64,000 bases of DNA, taken from the IMG/VR virus record IMGVR_UViG_3300046808_001035; one strand, written 5' to 3'. A program made the position numbers and the translations under genes. This DNA comes from a virus. Numbering within the stretch: position 1 is the first letter of the stretch; every line of letters starts with the position of its first letter. The notes beneath the pieces are model-generated. The model saw only the letters and a program-made list of their open reading frames with translations. It ran no database searches and was not told where the DNA came from. Positions 48,648 through 57,780 of the stretch are shown here, piece by piece.

Positions 48648-49151
48648 TTAGACAGCGAGCTTAATTCCCAACACAGTGGTGTTAGTAGGATATGTGAATG
48701 TACGCCCAGCAATATCGGTGGAAGCAGCGCGTCCGGGTAGTTCGCGAGACCCTTCAACATATCCGATAACCTTGTCGGATGTAGCTACAGCGTTGTTTGT
48801 AACTGTGAGAGGTTTGATCTTGCCATCTGTTCCAACGGAAACAGGGGCACCTACAGCGTAATCTCCAATAACGCCTGTGAACTGGTCAGTTTCGATAACA
48901 GACATACCATCGAGAGCGTAAACTCCAATGGCTCCTGCTTCGATAACATCTCCAGCGTCTTGACTGTTGATGGCGAATCCATACTCCGCATTGATTGGGG
49001 CTGGATTTGCGGAAGCGCCTTTCTTCCATGTACCAAAAGCGGTGTCGAAACGCACCACCATACCGGCAACGATACCTTGACCTGCAGCAGGCTTACCAAC
49101 GTAGTTAACTTGGTGTAAGCTCAGAGCAGGACCTTTTTTGAAATTAATCAT
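48648..49151 (-). CDS. Capsid decoration/cement protein (probable)
   Basis: 167 aa, G/A/V rich, directly upstream of the capsid gene, clear AAGGAG Shine-Dalgarno. Confidence 0.6.
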   Translation of the reverse strand: MINFKKGPALSLHQVNYVGKPAAGQGIVAGMVVRFDTAFGTWKKGASANPAPINAEYGFAINSQDAGDVIEAGAIGVYALDGMSVIETDQFTGVIGDYAVGAPVSVGTDGKIKPLTVTNNAVATSDKVIGYVEGSRELPGRAASTDIAGRTFTYPTNTTVLGIKLAV

Positions 49152-49250
49152 AATGTTCTCCTTTTGTTTGTTTTGTTGTTTGTTTGTTGTCTCTTCGCAT
49201 TTACACCCCGAACGCCGATCAAGGCTTTTTCAGCAATGTGTCTATCGAAA
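49152..49250 (-). promoter_or_regulatory. Structured 5' leader of the capsid operon
   Basis: Nested helices TTCG/CGAA, ACAC/GTGT, CTGAA/TTCGG, GCC/GGC, then a CAAA/CAA tract and AAGGAG. Confidence 0.5.
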
Positions 49251-49306
49251 GTTATATGCAATTATTATAAAAAATAATAGCGAGGTCAACTAGATATTTA
49301 AATATT

Positions 49307-49462
49307 TTAATCTACATCAACCATTTGATCTTCTGGGAAATCTATCGAAGTGTCCGCAGCCAACTTCATCATTAGCTCAAGAGCTTCGGGCTGTGACAAC
49401 CCTTCGTCTGAGGCTGCTTTAATAAATCCTTCAATATAGGCCACCAGTTCAGATTCAGTCAT
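49307..49462 (-). CDS. Small protein not in the ORF track (51 aa) with the YxxGF module
   Basis: Translated by hand: MTESELVAYIEGFIKAASDEGLSQPEALELMMKLAADTSIDFPEDQMVDVD; closely matches EYIEGFLSQATSEGVT in 50972..52783. Confidence 0.75.
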   Translation of the reverse strand: MTESELVAYIEGFIKAASDEGLSQPEALELMMKLAADTSIDFPEDQMVDVD

Positions 49463-49471
49463 AAGTTTATT

Positions 49472-49861
49472 CTAGTCGTCGAGTAAGTTGTCGTAACTGC
49501 TGTATCCAAAAGCCCTACGCATGACTGGGTCATCTGTTTGTGGGGCTGTTTTAACTGAAGCTACCTTGCCCATGTATGAAACGTCTGCAGCCACGCAAAC
49601 TTTTTCTACAACCTTAGCGAGGTACTTAACATCTTCTTGAGCCTTTTTGACGAAGAGCGCTTTTTCTTCCTCGTCGTTAATAAAGTCTGAGTTATACATC
49701 GCTTGTGCAGCCTTTTTTAGGGCAGCCTCAAACTCACTATGCTGTACCTGAACAGCTGCCTTTTTAACTTGCTCTGCTTGTAGTTGCTGCTTGAGCTCGG
49801 CGATTTCGGCAAGGGCAACTTTTACAAACTGTTCAATCTTATGTAGCGCTTGCTTCGTCAT
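49472..49861 (-). CDS. K-x-A-rich helical head protein (scaffold-like)
   Basis: 129 aa coiled coil with KQA, KVA, KKA x3, KVA, KTA. Confidence 0.7.
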   Translation of the reverse strand: MTKQALHKIEQFVKVALAEIAELKQQLQAEQVKKAAVQVQHSEFEAALKKAAQAMYNSDFINDEEEKALFVKKAQEDVKYLAKVVEKVCVAADVSYMGKVASVKTAPQTDDPVMRRAFGYSSYDNLLDD

Positions 49862-49997
49862 GATTTATTTGCTCGAGGGTTAAAAGACTTGCGATGTACT
49901 TGAGTACTTTTTCTTTATCTTTATCGCTTAAATGGTTTAGTGCGTGGATAGCCTGCTCCTCTACAGGGGATTTAGCTTCTTCGAGAGGAGCAGGCAT
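49839..49997 (-). CDS. Small protein not in the ORF track (52 aa)
   Basis: Translated by hand: MPAPLEEAKSPVEEQAIHALNHLSDKDKEKVLKYIASLLTLEQINHDEASAT; fills the gap in the operon. Confidence 0.6.
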   Translation of the reverse strand: MPAPLEEAKSPVEEQAIHALNHLSDKDKEKVLKYIASLLTLEQINHDEASAT

Positions 49998-50008
49998 AAT
50001 GAAACCAA

Positions 50009-50908
50009 TTAAACGGCAGGAACGATCTCAGACTTAAGCTTGCTGAGTACCATTTCTGCCACAGACTCGGCTAGCTTGACTTGCTGCTCCTGAGCTTGAG
50101 CTTCCACAAATTGGGCATACTGAGTTTCTTCAGCTTGCTTGATGTAGGCTTCATATTCGGCGAGCTTAGCCTGGAGTTGCTGGTTTTGCTGCATAGCTTC
50201 GTTATAAGCGGCCTGCTTCATTAAATTGTCGAAGTCTTCAGCACCCTGAAACTCTGCCTGCTTTTCTTGAGCTTCTGCAGCTTCAAGGTTTTCGGCAGCT
50301 TCAGCAATCATAAGGTCGAAGTCGCGACGACCTGCTTCTTTCATGAGCTCAAGCTCGTCAGGAGCTTGCTGCTCTGCAGCAGTCTTGAGCAGGGCAGCAC
50401 AAAATTGGCGTCCGAGCTCATAAGAAGCAACTTTTGCTGCTAATTCCTCAACTTCAGCTTTCTTTGCAGACGCAAGGGGCTTAGAGCTGTCAGTCGAAGG
50501 CTTTTGCTCATAGTCCTGAGAATTGCTTTCAGGCTTAACCTTGTTCTTGTCAGTCTTGTGCTCGTCTGTACTTTCAGATTTAACGTCTCCAGGTTTGCCT
50601 GTGACGGTATCTTGAGCTTCAGCCTGCTTACGGATGATATCGAGAATTTCAGTACCGAGGTCGTTGGCTGTCTTGGACCCGGCGAGGGGTTCCGCAGAAT
50701 CTTCAGAAGGTTTTTGATGATATCCTTGAGCGACGTTTTCAGGTCCTACAGAGTTTTTGTTAGTTGTGTCGTGTTCACTACCGACACTAACACTCTTAAC
50801 ATCTCCGCCTGGTTTACCTGAGATATTTTTTTGAGCTTCTTCAGCTTGCTTCTTCACCATAGAGTGGAGCTGTTCAAGAACTTCTGCGTGTTTAGTTAGT
50901 TTGGCCAT
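50009..50908 (-). CDS. Prohead scaffold/core protein (probable)
   Basis: 299 aa, E/Q/A/K coiled coil, 13 K-x-A motifs, internal duplication of about 60 aa, between protease and capsid genes. Confidence 0.65.
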   Translation of the reverse strand: MAKLTKHAEVLEQLHSMVKKQAEEAQKNISGKPGGDVKSVSVGSEHDTTNKNSVGPENVAQGYHQKPSEDSAEPLAGSKTANDLGTEILDIIRKQAEAQDTVTGKPGDVKSESTDEHKTDKNKVKPESNSQDYEQKPSTDSSKPLASAKKAEVEELAAKVASYELGRQFCAALLKTAAEQQAPDELELMKEAGRRDFDLMIAEAAENLEAAEAQEKQAEFQGAEDFDNLMKQAAYNEAMQQNQQLQAKLAEYEAYIKQAEETQYAQFVEAQAQEQQVKLAESVAEMVLSKLKSEIVPAV

Positions 50909-50935
50909 ATGTTTTAGTGGTTACTGATTGTTTTG

Positions 50936-50964
50936 ATTTTATTTAGGTTTTACACTAATGTAAA
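50936..50964 (-). promoter_or_regulatory. Sigma70-like promoter for the scaffold gene
   Basis: TTTACA-17 nt-TAAAAT. Confidence 0.5.
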
Positions 50965-50971
50965 TAATTAT

Positions 50972-52783
50972 TTAGCGGTAGTATGGATATTGCTGAGGAT
51001 TTTCTGGGTGGTCCTGTAACCCTGCATATAGCCCTGCACCACCAACCCCCGTGACAAGAGCTGCGCTAAGTGGATTTTCTGACGCAAATCGGCCTGCAGC
51101 ACCTAGCTGGGCCGCGAGTCTGTGCTTTAGTCCTGGAGGGAGAGGACCTATAGGTGTGTCTAAAGAATGATTAAGTGTGTTTTCAAAAGATGTAGCCTGC
51201 GAAGGGTCTGCCATCTCTACTGCTTTTTGTCGTAAATCTTTTTGCTTTTTTGACTCTGCGTTTGGTGGAGGTGTAGCTCTGCTTCTGTTACTTGCATGTA
51301 CTCGCTCTGCCGCTTCTCTCTCTACTCGATTGATTAACTCCTGCTCTGCAGGGCTACGATGGTGCGATGGTCTTCTGCGAGCTTCTTCATACATCAGCTC
51401 TTCTTCAATAGAAGAAAAAGTAGAAGCTTTTGCCTTGCCTGCCCCTTTAGGGGCTTCGCTTGCCTGGGCTGCAGAAGCTGCAGGGTTAGGTGTGACTTTA
51501 GGTGCTGCGGTAGGCGGTGGGATGTCTTTTGGATATCTCGCGCTGGCTGCCTCATACGCAGACGGAGCTTTGCCAGATCTGGGTACTTTAGTCCTAGTGA
51601 ATGCTCCTTTAGCTTTGCTTCCTGAAGACACGGCCTTATTTATAAGTCGAGATCTGACTCCTGCGTCTTTAATTAAGTCTGCTAGTTTCAAAGCTGCCGA
51701 ATCCTCAGGAGATAGTCCTACGTAATTTTCAACTAACGAAGACTGCTTTTTAAGAAAAGCTTTACCTCCAGACTCATCATAGTGAATACCCTTTCCTGTA
51801 GTTTTGGGTTCAAAAACACTACGCTTGGGTTTATTTTTACTTGTACCTAATTCTTTAAATAAGTCTTTAGCTTTCTCAGCAGGTACAGTGATAGTGTTTT
51901 TAGCTTTTTCGACTACGTCTTTAACAGCCCTCACAGGTTTTGTTTCTTTAAGAAACCTGCCAAGGTTCTTAGCCGCGTCACGAAGACCTGCTTGCTTAGC
52001 GAAGTCTAACGCCTGGTCTAGTGTAAGTCCATATTCGTGTGCACTGTCAATAAACCCCTGATAATAGGCAGCTTTCTTGACTTCATCTAAAGGTTCTTCA
52101 CCTTTTTCATGCTCTAGCTTTTCTTCTTCAGGGGTTTCAGACTCTTCATGTTTTTTTTTAGCTTCTGCGTCTTTAACCAGCTCTAAAACATTAATTAATA
52201 CACGGTCGTATAAGTCTACAGCCTTCTTGATTGTGACGCCTTCTGATGTAGCTTGAGATAAGAATCCTTCAATATACTCAGCAGTTTTAAATATTTCCAA
52301 AGCTGCGAGTTTTTCTGGAGAAGCCTCTGGTACGGTAGCGTCAGGGTTTTGTGTTAAATGCTCTTGAATCGCTTGTGCCAGAGCTGCTGTGTTGCCTGAG
52401 TCTTCTTCTCCTGGAGTTTGAATGTCCTCGGACAGCTCTGTAGCTAACTGTTCAATTTGCTCAGGGGTAAGTTGAGAAAGTAACTGCTCCACAGCCAAGT
52501 CGTCATGGACTTGCTCCTCAGGGTGCTCAATAGCTTCGGCTTCAGGAGCTTCTAATTGCTCGTGCTCTGGCTCTTCGGCAGGAGCTAAAGCTTCTTCTTC
52601 TAAAGGATGCTGCTCAAGGTTAGGGTCTTCACTGGCTGTATCTTGGTGCTCTAAAAGTTCCTCTTCAGGAGTTTCTAACTGCTCATGAGCCTGCTCATCT
52701 GCTGGAGACATCTCCATTTCTGCAGTCTCCGCAAGCTTAAGCAGGTACTCAGCAGCTAATTTAATTTTAGGAATTTTTGGCAT
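50972..52783 (-). CDS. Mosaic head-associated protein (acidic repeats, two YxxGF modules, basic region, Gly-rich hydrophobic tail)
   Basis: 603 aa; HExxExPExExxEH x3; segments bounded by K-x-A; C-terminal SAALVTGVGGAGLYAGL. Confidence 0.7.
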   Translation of the reverse strand: MPKIPKIKLAAEYLLKLAETAEMEMSPADEQAHEQLETPEEELLEHQDTASEDPNLEQHPLEEEALAPAEEPEHEQLEAPEAEAIEHPEEQVHDDLAVEQLLSQLTPEQIEQLATELSEDIQTPGEEDSGNTAALAQAIQEHLTQNPDATVPEASPEKLAALEIFKTAEYIEGFLSQATSEGVTIKKAVDLYDRVLINVLELVKDAEAKKKHEESETPEEEKLEHEKGEEPLDEVKKAAYYQGFIDSAHEYGLTLDQALDFAKQAGLRDAAKNLGRFLKETKPVRAVKDVVEKAKNTITVPAEKAKDLFKELGTSKNKPKRSVFEPKTTGKGIHYDESGGKAFLKKQSSLVENYVGLSPEDSAALKLADLIKDAGVRSRLINKAVSSGSKAKGAFTRTKVPRSGKAPSAYEAASARYPKDIPPPTAAPKVTPNPAASAAQASEAPKGAGKAKASTFSSIEEELMYEEARRRPSHHRSPAEQELINRVEREAAERVHASNRSRATPPPNAESKKQKDLRQKAVEMADPSQATSFENTLNHSLDTPIGPLPPGLKHRLAAQLGAAGRFASENPLSAALVTGVGGAGLYAGLQDHPENPQQYPYYR

Positions 52784-52792
52784 ATCTTTTTA

Positions 52793-52821
52793 ATCTTATA
52801 TGAATTCTTGAATTACTCCAA
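52793..52821 (-). promoter_or_regulatory. Possible sigma70-like promoter
   Basis: TTGGAG-17 nt-TAAGAT, overlapping the inverted repeat TTCTTG...CAAGAA. Confidence 0.35.
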
Positions 52822-52827
52822 GAAATT

Positions 52828-54261
52828 TTATCTGTTTTGTATTAAAGCGTTCAGCATTACGTCCTCGTCAAGTTTGTTACATTCGTCCAGATAGCGTAAG
52901 GCGGCTAGCTTGTAAGCGGCATATTGCTCTGCGAGTTCTTTAACAGAGGCTTCTTTTGAGGGTTGCTGTTTTTGCTCCTGTTTGTCTGTAGGTATTTTTT
53001 TAACGATTGTAATACGCATAATTCTATTATGCGCTGGAGCTTCAAATAATGAGTGATCGTCAAACAGGCGACTAACCATATTTAAAAGGTCTTTAGGTAA
53101 CCCTACGGTTTCAGAAGGTTCATATTTGTCATTGTTGACAACATCGTCTCCGTCATCGTCTAGTTTTGAAAAAATGGATGGAAGATGACTCTTAACCTTG
53201 GCGAAAAGGTTAGAAGCATTACCCAGCTTACCAGCTCCAAAAACATACTTAATAAAGTCTTCTGGAGAAAAAATGATGCCTTGATCTGCTAGAGCTTTTA
53301 AAAGTTTGGCTGGAGAATATTTTCTGAGTTCCTCTATAGTATTTTCCGAAATACTGTCAGAATGCTTTAATTTGGCCTTATGTTCTGCAATAAACCTATC
53401 TTTACTGTCTTTAGGTTTGTTTGTCATTACAGCGTCTACGTGCTTTTCTAGCGCAGATAGCTTCTTGAGTAATTCTCGCTTTTCAGATGCATATTTACTG
53501 ATTTCGAGATAATCATCCGGAGGGGCTACAAATCCTGGATAGATCGCTTTGTAATCAAAAGCGGTCTTAATATAGTTATTGTCTGAAGCTAATTTGAGGC
53601 TCATACCAATGCGGTCTGCAGGCCTGCCAACTATAGAGAGCTCAAACCATTTTGGCTTAATATTATCCATACTGCACATCTCTCCACGCTTGTTGATTTC
53701 ACCAAGCTCTTTTGGGATGTGCTTACACCTATGTCGGTCGTCTTTAGCTTCATATCCACACCAAGTGCATTTATCGTAAGCCACCTTTGCGGCCATACTT
53801 ACATTAATTTGCTTACCTTCTGCCAATTTTTGAATTTCTTCAGCACACTTGTCATTATCTAAGCCAATAACCAGCTCAATACGCTTCATCTTATTGTTAT
53901 AAGAAGCGGCTTTAATATTCCCGTATTTAGGGTCCTCAGGTTTATTTTTATGATGTCTATTTAGAGCTCTACCATCATAAGAACCATCTCTTTTTTTACT
54001 GCCTGATTTAACAAAGGTCTGATAATTTTTAAGACATTCAGCTTCTTTAAAGATGTCTCCGTTGCGGTTAGCTCCTGTACCTTCGTACGCTCCCAGAGCA
54101 ATCACAAGAGCATCTGTTTGCCCTGCTGTTTTTTCAACCCGGAGTTCTGAGTTGTCTGCCCCGGCTTTAGTCAACGTATTAACATTATGTATAAGCTGCA
54201 CAGGGTCTACATCCCAGTTCCAGTCTTGAGTAGCGCTAAATTTTATCAGTCCTTTGTGCAT
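52828..54261 (-). CDS. Prohead maturation protease (HK97/assemblin-type fold) with Zn-ribbon insert and C-terminal extension
   Basis: NRNGDIF, LNRHH (candidate catalytic His), VSMAA (candidate catalytic Ser), CTWC...CKH insert, FELSIVGRPAD. Confidence 0.8.
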   Translation of the reverse strand: MHKGLIKFSATQDWNWDVDPVQLIHNVNTLTKAGADNSELRVEKTAGQTDALVIALGAYEGTGANRNGDIFKEAECLKNYQTFVKSGSKKRDGSYDGRALNRHHKNKPEDPKYGNIKAASYNNKMKRIELVIGLDNDKCAEEIQKLAEGKQINVSMAAKVAYDKCTWCGYEAKDDRHRCKHIPKELGEINKRGEMCSMDNIKPKWFELSIVGRPADRIGMSLKLASDNNYIKTAFDYKAIYPGFVAPPDDYLEISKYASEKRELLKKLSALEKHVDAVMTNKPKDSKDRFIAEHKAKLKHSDSISENTIEELRKYSPAKLLKALADQGIIFSPEDFIKYVFGAGKLGNASNLFAKVKSHLPSIFSKLDDDGDDVVNNDKYEPSETVGLPKDLLNMVSRLFDDHSLFEAPAHNRIMRITIVKKIPTDKQEQKQQPSKEASVKELAEQYAAYKLAALRYLDECNKLDEDVMLNALIQNR

Positions 54262-54265
54262 AAGA

Positions 54266-55909
54266 TTATCTAACCGAGTTTAAAGCCTCACTCCAATCAA
54301 TATCTGTAGGATGGCTTATAGGTTGAGGTCTGACTGCTGGAGGTTCTTCATCTCTTGGAGGCTCAGGAGGAACTTCGAGCGGAATTTCAGGAGAGCTCTC
54401 CTCGAGTTGAGGTTGATGTCTCTGGAATTGCTGTTGTGGTCCGTACTGACTCGCGCGGTCGAAGTCTCCTCTGGCTTGCAGTAGCGTTTTTCTCCACTCA
54501 TCCATTTTTTGCTTTGAGTGAGTTTGATTTTGTAACGCTTTAACCAGTGCGTAAAGCCCTGTTCCTCCAGCGGCAGCTGCAGCTCCTGCAGCTAACGGAA
54601 GCTTTGTGCGCTTCAGTAACCTACTCAGTCCTGCGTTTTGAAATGGTATGTTTTCAAGATCTCGCAATCCTGTTTCAGCAAAAGCTTTTGCCCCTGCACC
54701 TGGGGAATATTCTTCAGCAATTCGCTTCAAAATGTTCCTATTGTAGTGCGGATTAGCTTTGGTAAAATTAGAGGCTTCGGCTAAATCTGTAAACCCCTGC
54801 ATGTGCGAAGGGGCTAGATTTTCTCTAGTGAACTTGTGTAATACGCCTTCGCTCGCGGTACCTGCTCCTGGAGCAGTGTGCATATCTTCTCCCCAATATT
54901 TCTTGAGTCCTCCAGAAGCTTTCGCTCTTTGTGTAGATTCATGAAAATTGGCATAGTCTTCAAGCATTGCAGCGCCATTGGTCCTGTTGGCTTCAGCGAA
55001 TAGTTTTTTAGGATCTTCGCCTCGCGCTACTAGCTCTTGGTATTTTGAGGCGTAATCTGAAGCTTTTCCTCCAGAAGCATTGAGCTCGTCAATGAGTGCA
55101 AGCCTTGTTTCTGGGTCAGTTGTAAAATCTCCGAAAACACGAGAGATGTCTGCCCGCACAGGTCCTTCTTTCGGATTTAATAAATTCCTTGGGTGTGCAG
55201 GGTCTACACCATAATTACCTTTACGTGCGTCCTCTGAAGGACGAGTCATCTTAAGGTTTCTATATTTGTTGCGTAAATTAGATGCAGCACCTAAAGCGCC
55301 TGCCCCGAGCCCCAACTTGCCTGAGTTACCTAGGATATCTGTGCCTACAGCTGCAACAGGATGTTCGTCGTAGTACGTATTCCCTGTATTTTTCTTGAGA
55401 CCTGTCATGTACTCGAGACCCACGAGGCCTTTTCTTACCTGCTCACGTAAAAGCCTGTCTTTTACTGCCTCCTCAGGAGAAAGGTTCTCTGCGTCACTTC
55501 TGCCAATTATAGGAGAAATTGCCTGATAAAGATCCGAGTCTAGCCCTGCTCGAGGGTCCTCTAAATCTCTAGAAAAGTTGGAAGCTGCGTATTTTTGGTT
55601 ACTGCGCATTATTTTTGAGGCTTGCTGATATCTGTCAGCCATCTGCTTGCTCTGCAGTCTGGCGTCACGGGCAGCTTTTCGTTTTTGGTTGTATATATCA
55701 AGAGCCATACCTGCAGGTATTGAAAAGAGCGGATTGATCGCTCCTGACAGTGAGAGTGCTGCAGAGCCTGCATCTATACCCAAACCTACCATGTCCCCTT
55801 TACCGATATCTTTAGCCATATCATACGCAGACACAGCTCCACCCAAAACAGGCAATGCTTTCCCTGCGGCGTGTGTTAATAGGCCTGAGGTTTTTCTTAA
55901 GTATTGCAT
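54266..55909 (-). CDS. Hypothetical virion protein with Gly/Ala-rich hydrophobic segments
   Basis: 547 aa; LPVLGGAVSA, LGLGAGALGAA, LAAGAAAAAGGTGLYALV; Pro/Gln tail. Confidence 0.65.
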   Translation of the reverse strand: MQYLRKTSGLLTHAAGKALPVLGGAVSAYDMAKDIGKGDMVGLGIDAGSAALSLSGAINPLFSIPAGMALDIYNQKRKAARDARLQSKQMADRYQQASKIMRSNQKYAASNFSRDLEDPRAGLDSDLYQAISPIIGRSDAENLSPEEAVKDRLLREQVRKGLVGLEYMTGLKKNTGNTYYDEHPVAAVGTDILGNSGKLGLGAGALGAASNLRNKYRNLKMTRPSEDARKGNYGVDPAHPRNLLNPKEGPVRADISRVFGDFTTDPETRLALIDELNASGGKASDYASKYQELVARGEDPKKLFAEANRTNGAAMLEDYANFHESTQRAKASGGLKKYWGEDMHTAPGAGTASEGVLHKFTRENLAPSHMQGFTDLAEASNFTKANPHYNRNILKRIAEEYSPGAGAKAFAETGLRDLENIPFQNAGLSRLLKRTKLPLAAGAAAAAGGTGLYALVKALQNQTHSKQKMDEWRKTLLQARGDFDRASQYGPQQQFQRHQPQLEESSPEIPLEVPPEPPRDEEPPAVRPQPISHPTDIDWSEALNSVR

Positions 55910-55910
55910 A

Positions 55911-56285
55911 CTAGATGTTCTCTACTTGTTCACCTGTGAATGTGTCTGACTTCGCTCTTAACGTGTCAAATGCCTCCGAGTAATTCGTGATAAAAGTTTC
56001 CTGAAACTTGAGAGCTTTAGCTTCTGTATCATCTTTATAAGCTTCAGATTTGCTGTCGAACTCCTGTGTATACGGTAAGTCTGATTTAATTCGAATATAC
56101 TTTACTGGAAGAGTGTACGCATCACCTACGTCGGGAGTATAGGTTCCACCGATATCTATTGACGGCTCACCAAACTTTCTAAGTAACTCTTTATCGCTTT
56201 CAGGAAGTTTTTCAGAGTCTAACGAAAAAGTAATTTTAAAAACATCGTTGTCGATGAATCTTCTTATTTTAAGCAGTGCGGGCAT
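55911..56285 (-). CDS. Hypothetical protein
   Basis: 124 aa, tightly packed in the operon. Confidence 0.7.
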   Translation of the reverse strand: MPALLKIRRFIDNDVFKITFSLDSEKLPESDKELLRKFGEPSIDIGGTYTPDVGDAYTLPVKYIRIKSDLPYTQEFDSKSEAYKDDTEAKALKFQETFITNYSEAFDTLRAKSDTFTGEQVENI

Positions 56286-56289
56286 AGTA

Positions 56290-57744
56290 TTAAAATCTAA
56301 AGTTTTCTGTGTTACCTGCGTTAAATTGGTGGGTAGCTACTCGGCGCTTAAGCATTCCTGTGTCGAGCTTGGTCATCAAATCTGCGTCGTATTTGCTCAA
56401 TGCCTGCGAAGCAACCATGGCTCTTAACTCTGCACGCACAACTTCTTTTTCTTTTGAAATTTCGGGGGAAAGCCTCATGAGCTGCTCAAAAGCTCTGGCA
56501 ACTTTAACAGGATTAACTTTAGAAAGGATTGTGTCAGTCAACATCAGCTCTTGAAGCAATAACTTCCTCTGCATATTTTCTAATGTTAGATTTGGTTTAG
56601 CTGCTGTAGGTCCGTGCTTGAATCCTGAAGAAAAGGCATGTGCCGCCTGCTCGTGAGCTAGGTCGTGTACGGGTCCCGCCATAAATTTACCTAGACCCAT
56701 CAACCCTCCGAAAAAAGCCTCTTTTTGCATAGCCTCTGCAAGTACTGGATCCTCTGCATAGGCTTTTGCTACGCTATAGCTTTTATCTGAGGCTTTTTTT
56801 TTAATCTCAGCAAGCACAGGGTCTTCTTCCGAAGACTCTTCCTTCTCAGAGGTTTCTTCCTTCTCAGAGGTTTCTTCTTCTTGCTTGGCTGCCTTTTTCC
56901 CTAATACGTGGTTGCATTCTTTTAAGAATGAAGACTCAAAACTGTAGTTTTCAGCAAGCTCAGAAGCTTGTTTCTCTGCTACTACAAGCTGTTGCCCAGC
57001 CATCATCATAGAGTCGAACAGGCGGGCTTCCTTGCAGGGATTAAACATCATATAGCTTGAGTCGTGCACGCCTCTATCTTCTGCGAGTCCTGCAGCTTTA
57101 TAAATTAAATTTACGTAAGGCACAGCTGCTTCACCGTGTTTTGCAAAAACCTGTGACTCGAATTCGTCAAAAGAAGTGCGGTAGGCTGCGTCTTTCTTGA
57201 ATTCGTCACAAAGCGAAGAAAACGAGTCGTTCAGTGCAATTTCAGAAGCAACTTTAGCTACTTCAGCAGCTTCAAGATCTTTATTTAATCGCTGTACGTA
57301 ATTGGCAGACTTGTCCAGTAAAGTGTTTAGTGTTGTAGGAAAAGCTTCGTGCTTTTCTGGAGCTTCAGATATTTCTAAAAAAGCGCGTTTATATTGAGGG
57401 TTATTAAGAATTCTTGTGTAATTAAATACAGTATCGTTCTGCGCGGCTCCTGAAAACATATCTGCAGAGTATTCTGCCGCAGTCTTTTCATTGCGGGTAA
57501 AAGCGTGCTGCACGGCATGAGGAATGTCGGCTATTTCAAAATCAGCAGATCTGTCACTGGCTGTTTTAAAATGCTTGTAGTGGAGCGCTACGTTTAAGGC
57601 TTCGCCTGTTCTTTGAATAAAGTTAGGGTTCAAGTCGAGGTCCAAAGCCACCTTTTGAAGTGCTTTGGTTGGAGACATACCTTCGTTAACTTTTTGTACC
57701 GCGTCGTGCAGCGCAGTTTTAATGAGAATATTTGGCTCTTCCAT
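56290..57744 (-). CDS. K-x-A-rich head-associated protein
   Basis: Likely start ATG 57744 (MEEPNILIKTA); about 15 K-x-A motifs; EDPVLAE occurs twice. Confidence 0.7.
   Translation of the reverse strand: MEEPNILIKTALHDAVQKVNEGMSPTKALQKVALDLDLNPNFIQRTGEALNVALHYKHFKTASDRSADFEIADIPHAVQHAFTRNEKTAAEYSADMFSGAAQNDTVFNYTRILNNPQYKRAFLEISEAPEKHEAFPTTLNTLLDKSANYVQRLNKDLEAAEVAKVASEIALNDSFSSLCDEFKKDAAYRTSFDEFESQVFAKHGEAAVPYVNLIYKAAGLAEDRGVHDSSYMMFNPCKEARLFDSMMMAGQQLVVAEKQASELAENYSFESSFLKECNHVLGKKAAKQEEETSEKEETSEKEESSEEDPVLAEIKKKASDKSYSVAKAYAEDPVLAEAMQKEAFFGGLMGLGKFMAGPVHDLAHEQAAHAFSSGFKHGPTAAKPNLTLENMQRKLLLQELMLTDTILSKVNPVKVARAFEQLMRLSPEISKEKEVVRAELRAMVASQALSKYDADLMTKLDTGMLKRRVATHQFNAGNTENFRF
56837..56877. 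repeat. 18-bp in-frame tandem repeat (about 2.3 copies)
   Basis: TCTTCCTTCTCAGAGGTT x2 plus TCTTC; encodes EETSEKEETSEKE. Confidence 0.85.
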
Positions 57745-57780
57745 ATGTTTAATCTCTATAGTTATATCACGGAGCAAAAA

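Noticed and set aside
49264-49289. TTGACC...TATAAT promoter for the capsid operon
   Set aside because: Both boxes look good but the spacer is only 14 nt, so it was not listed as a promoter, although a start in this area is likely.
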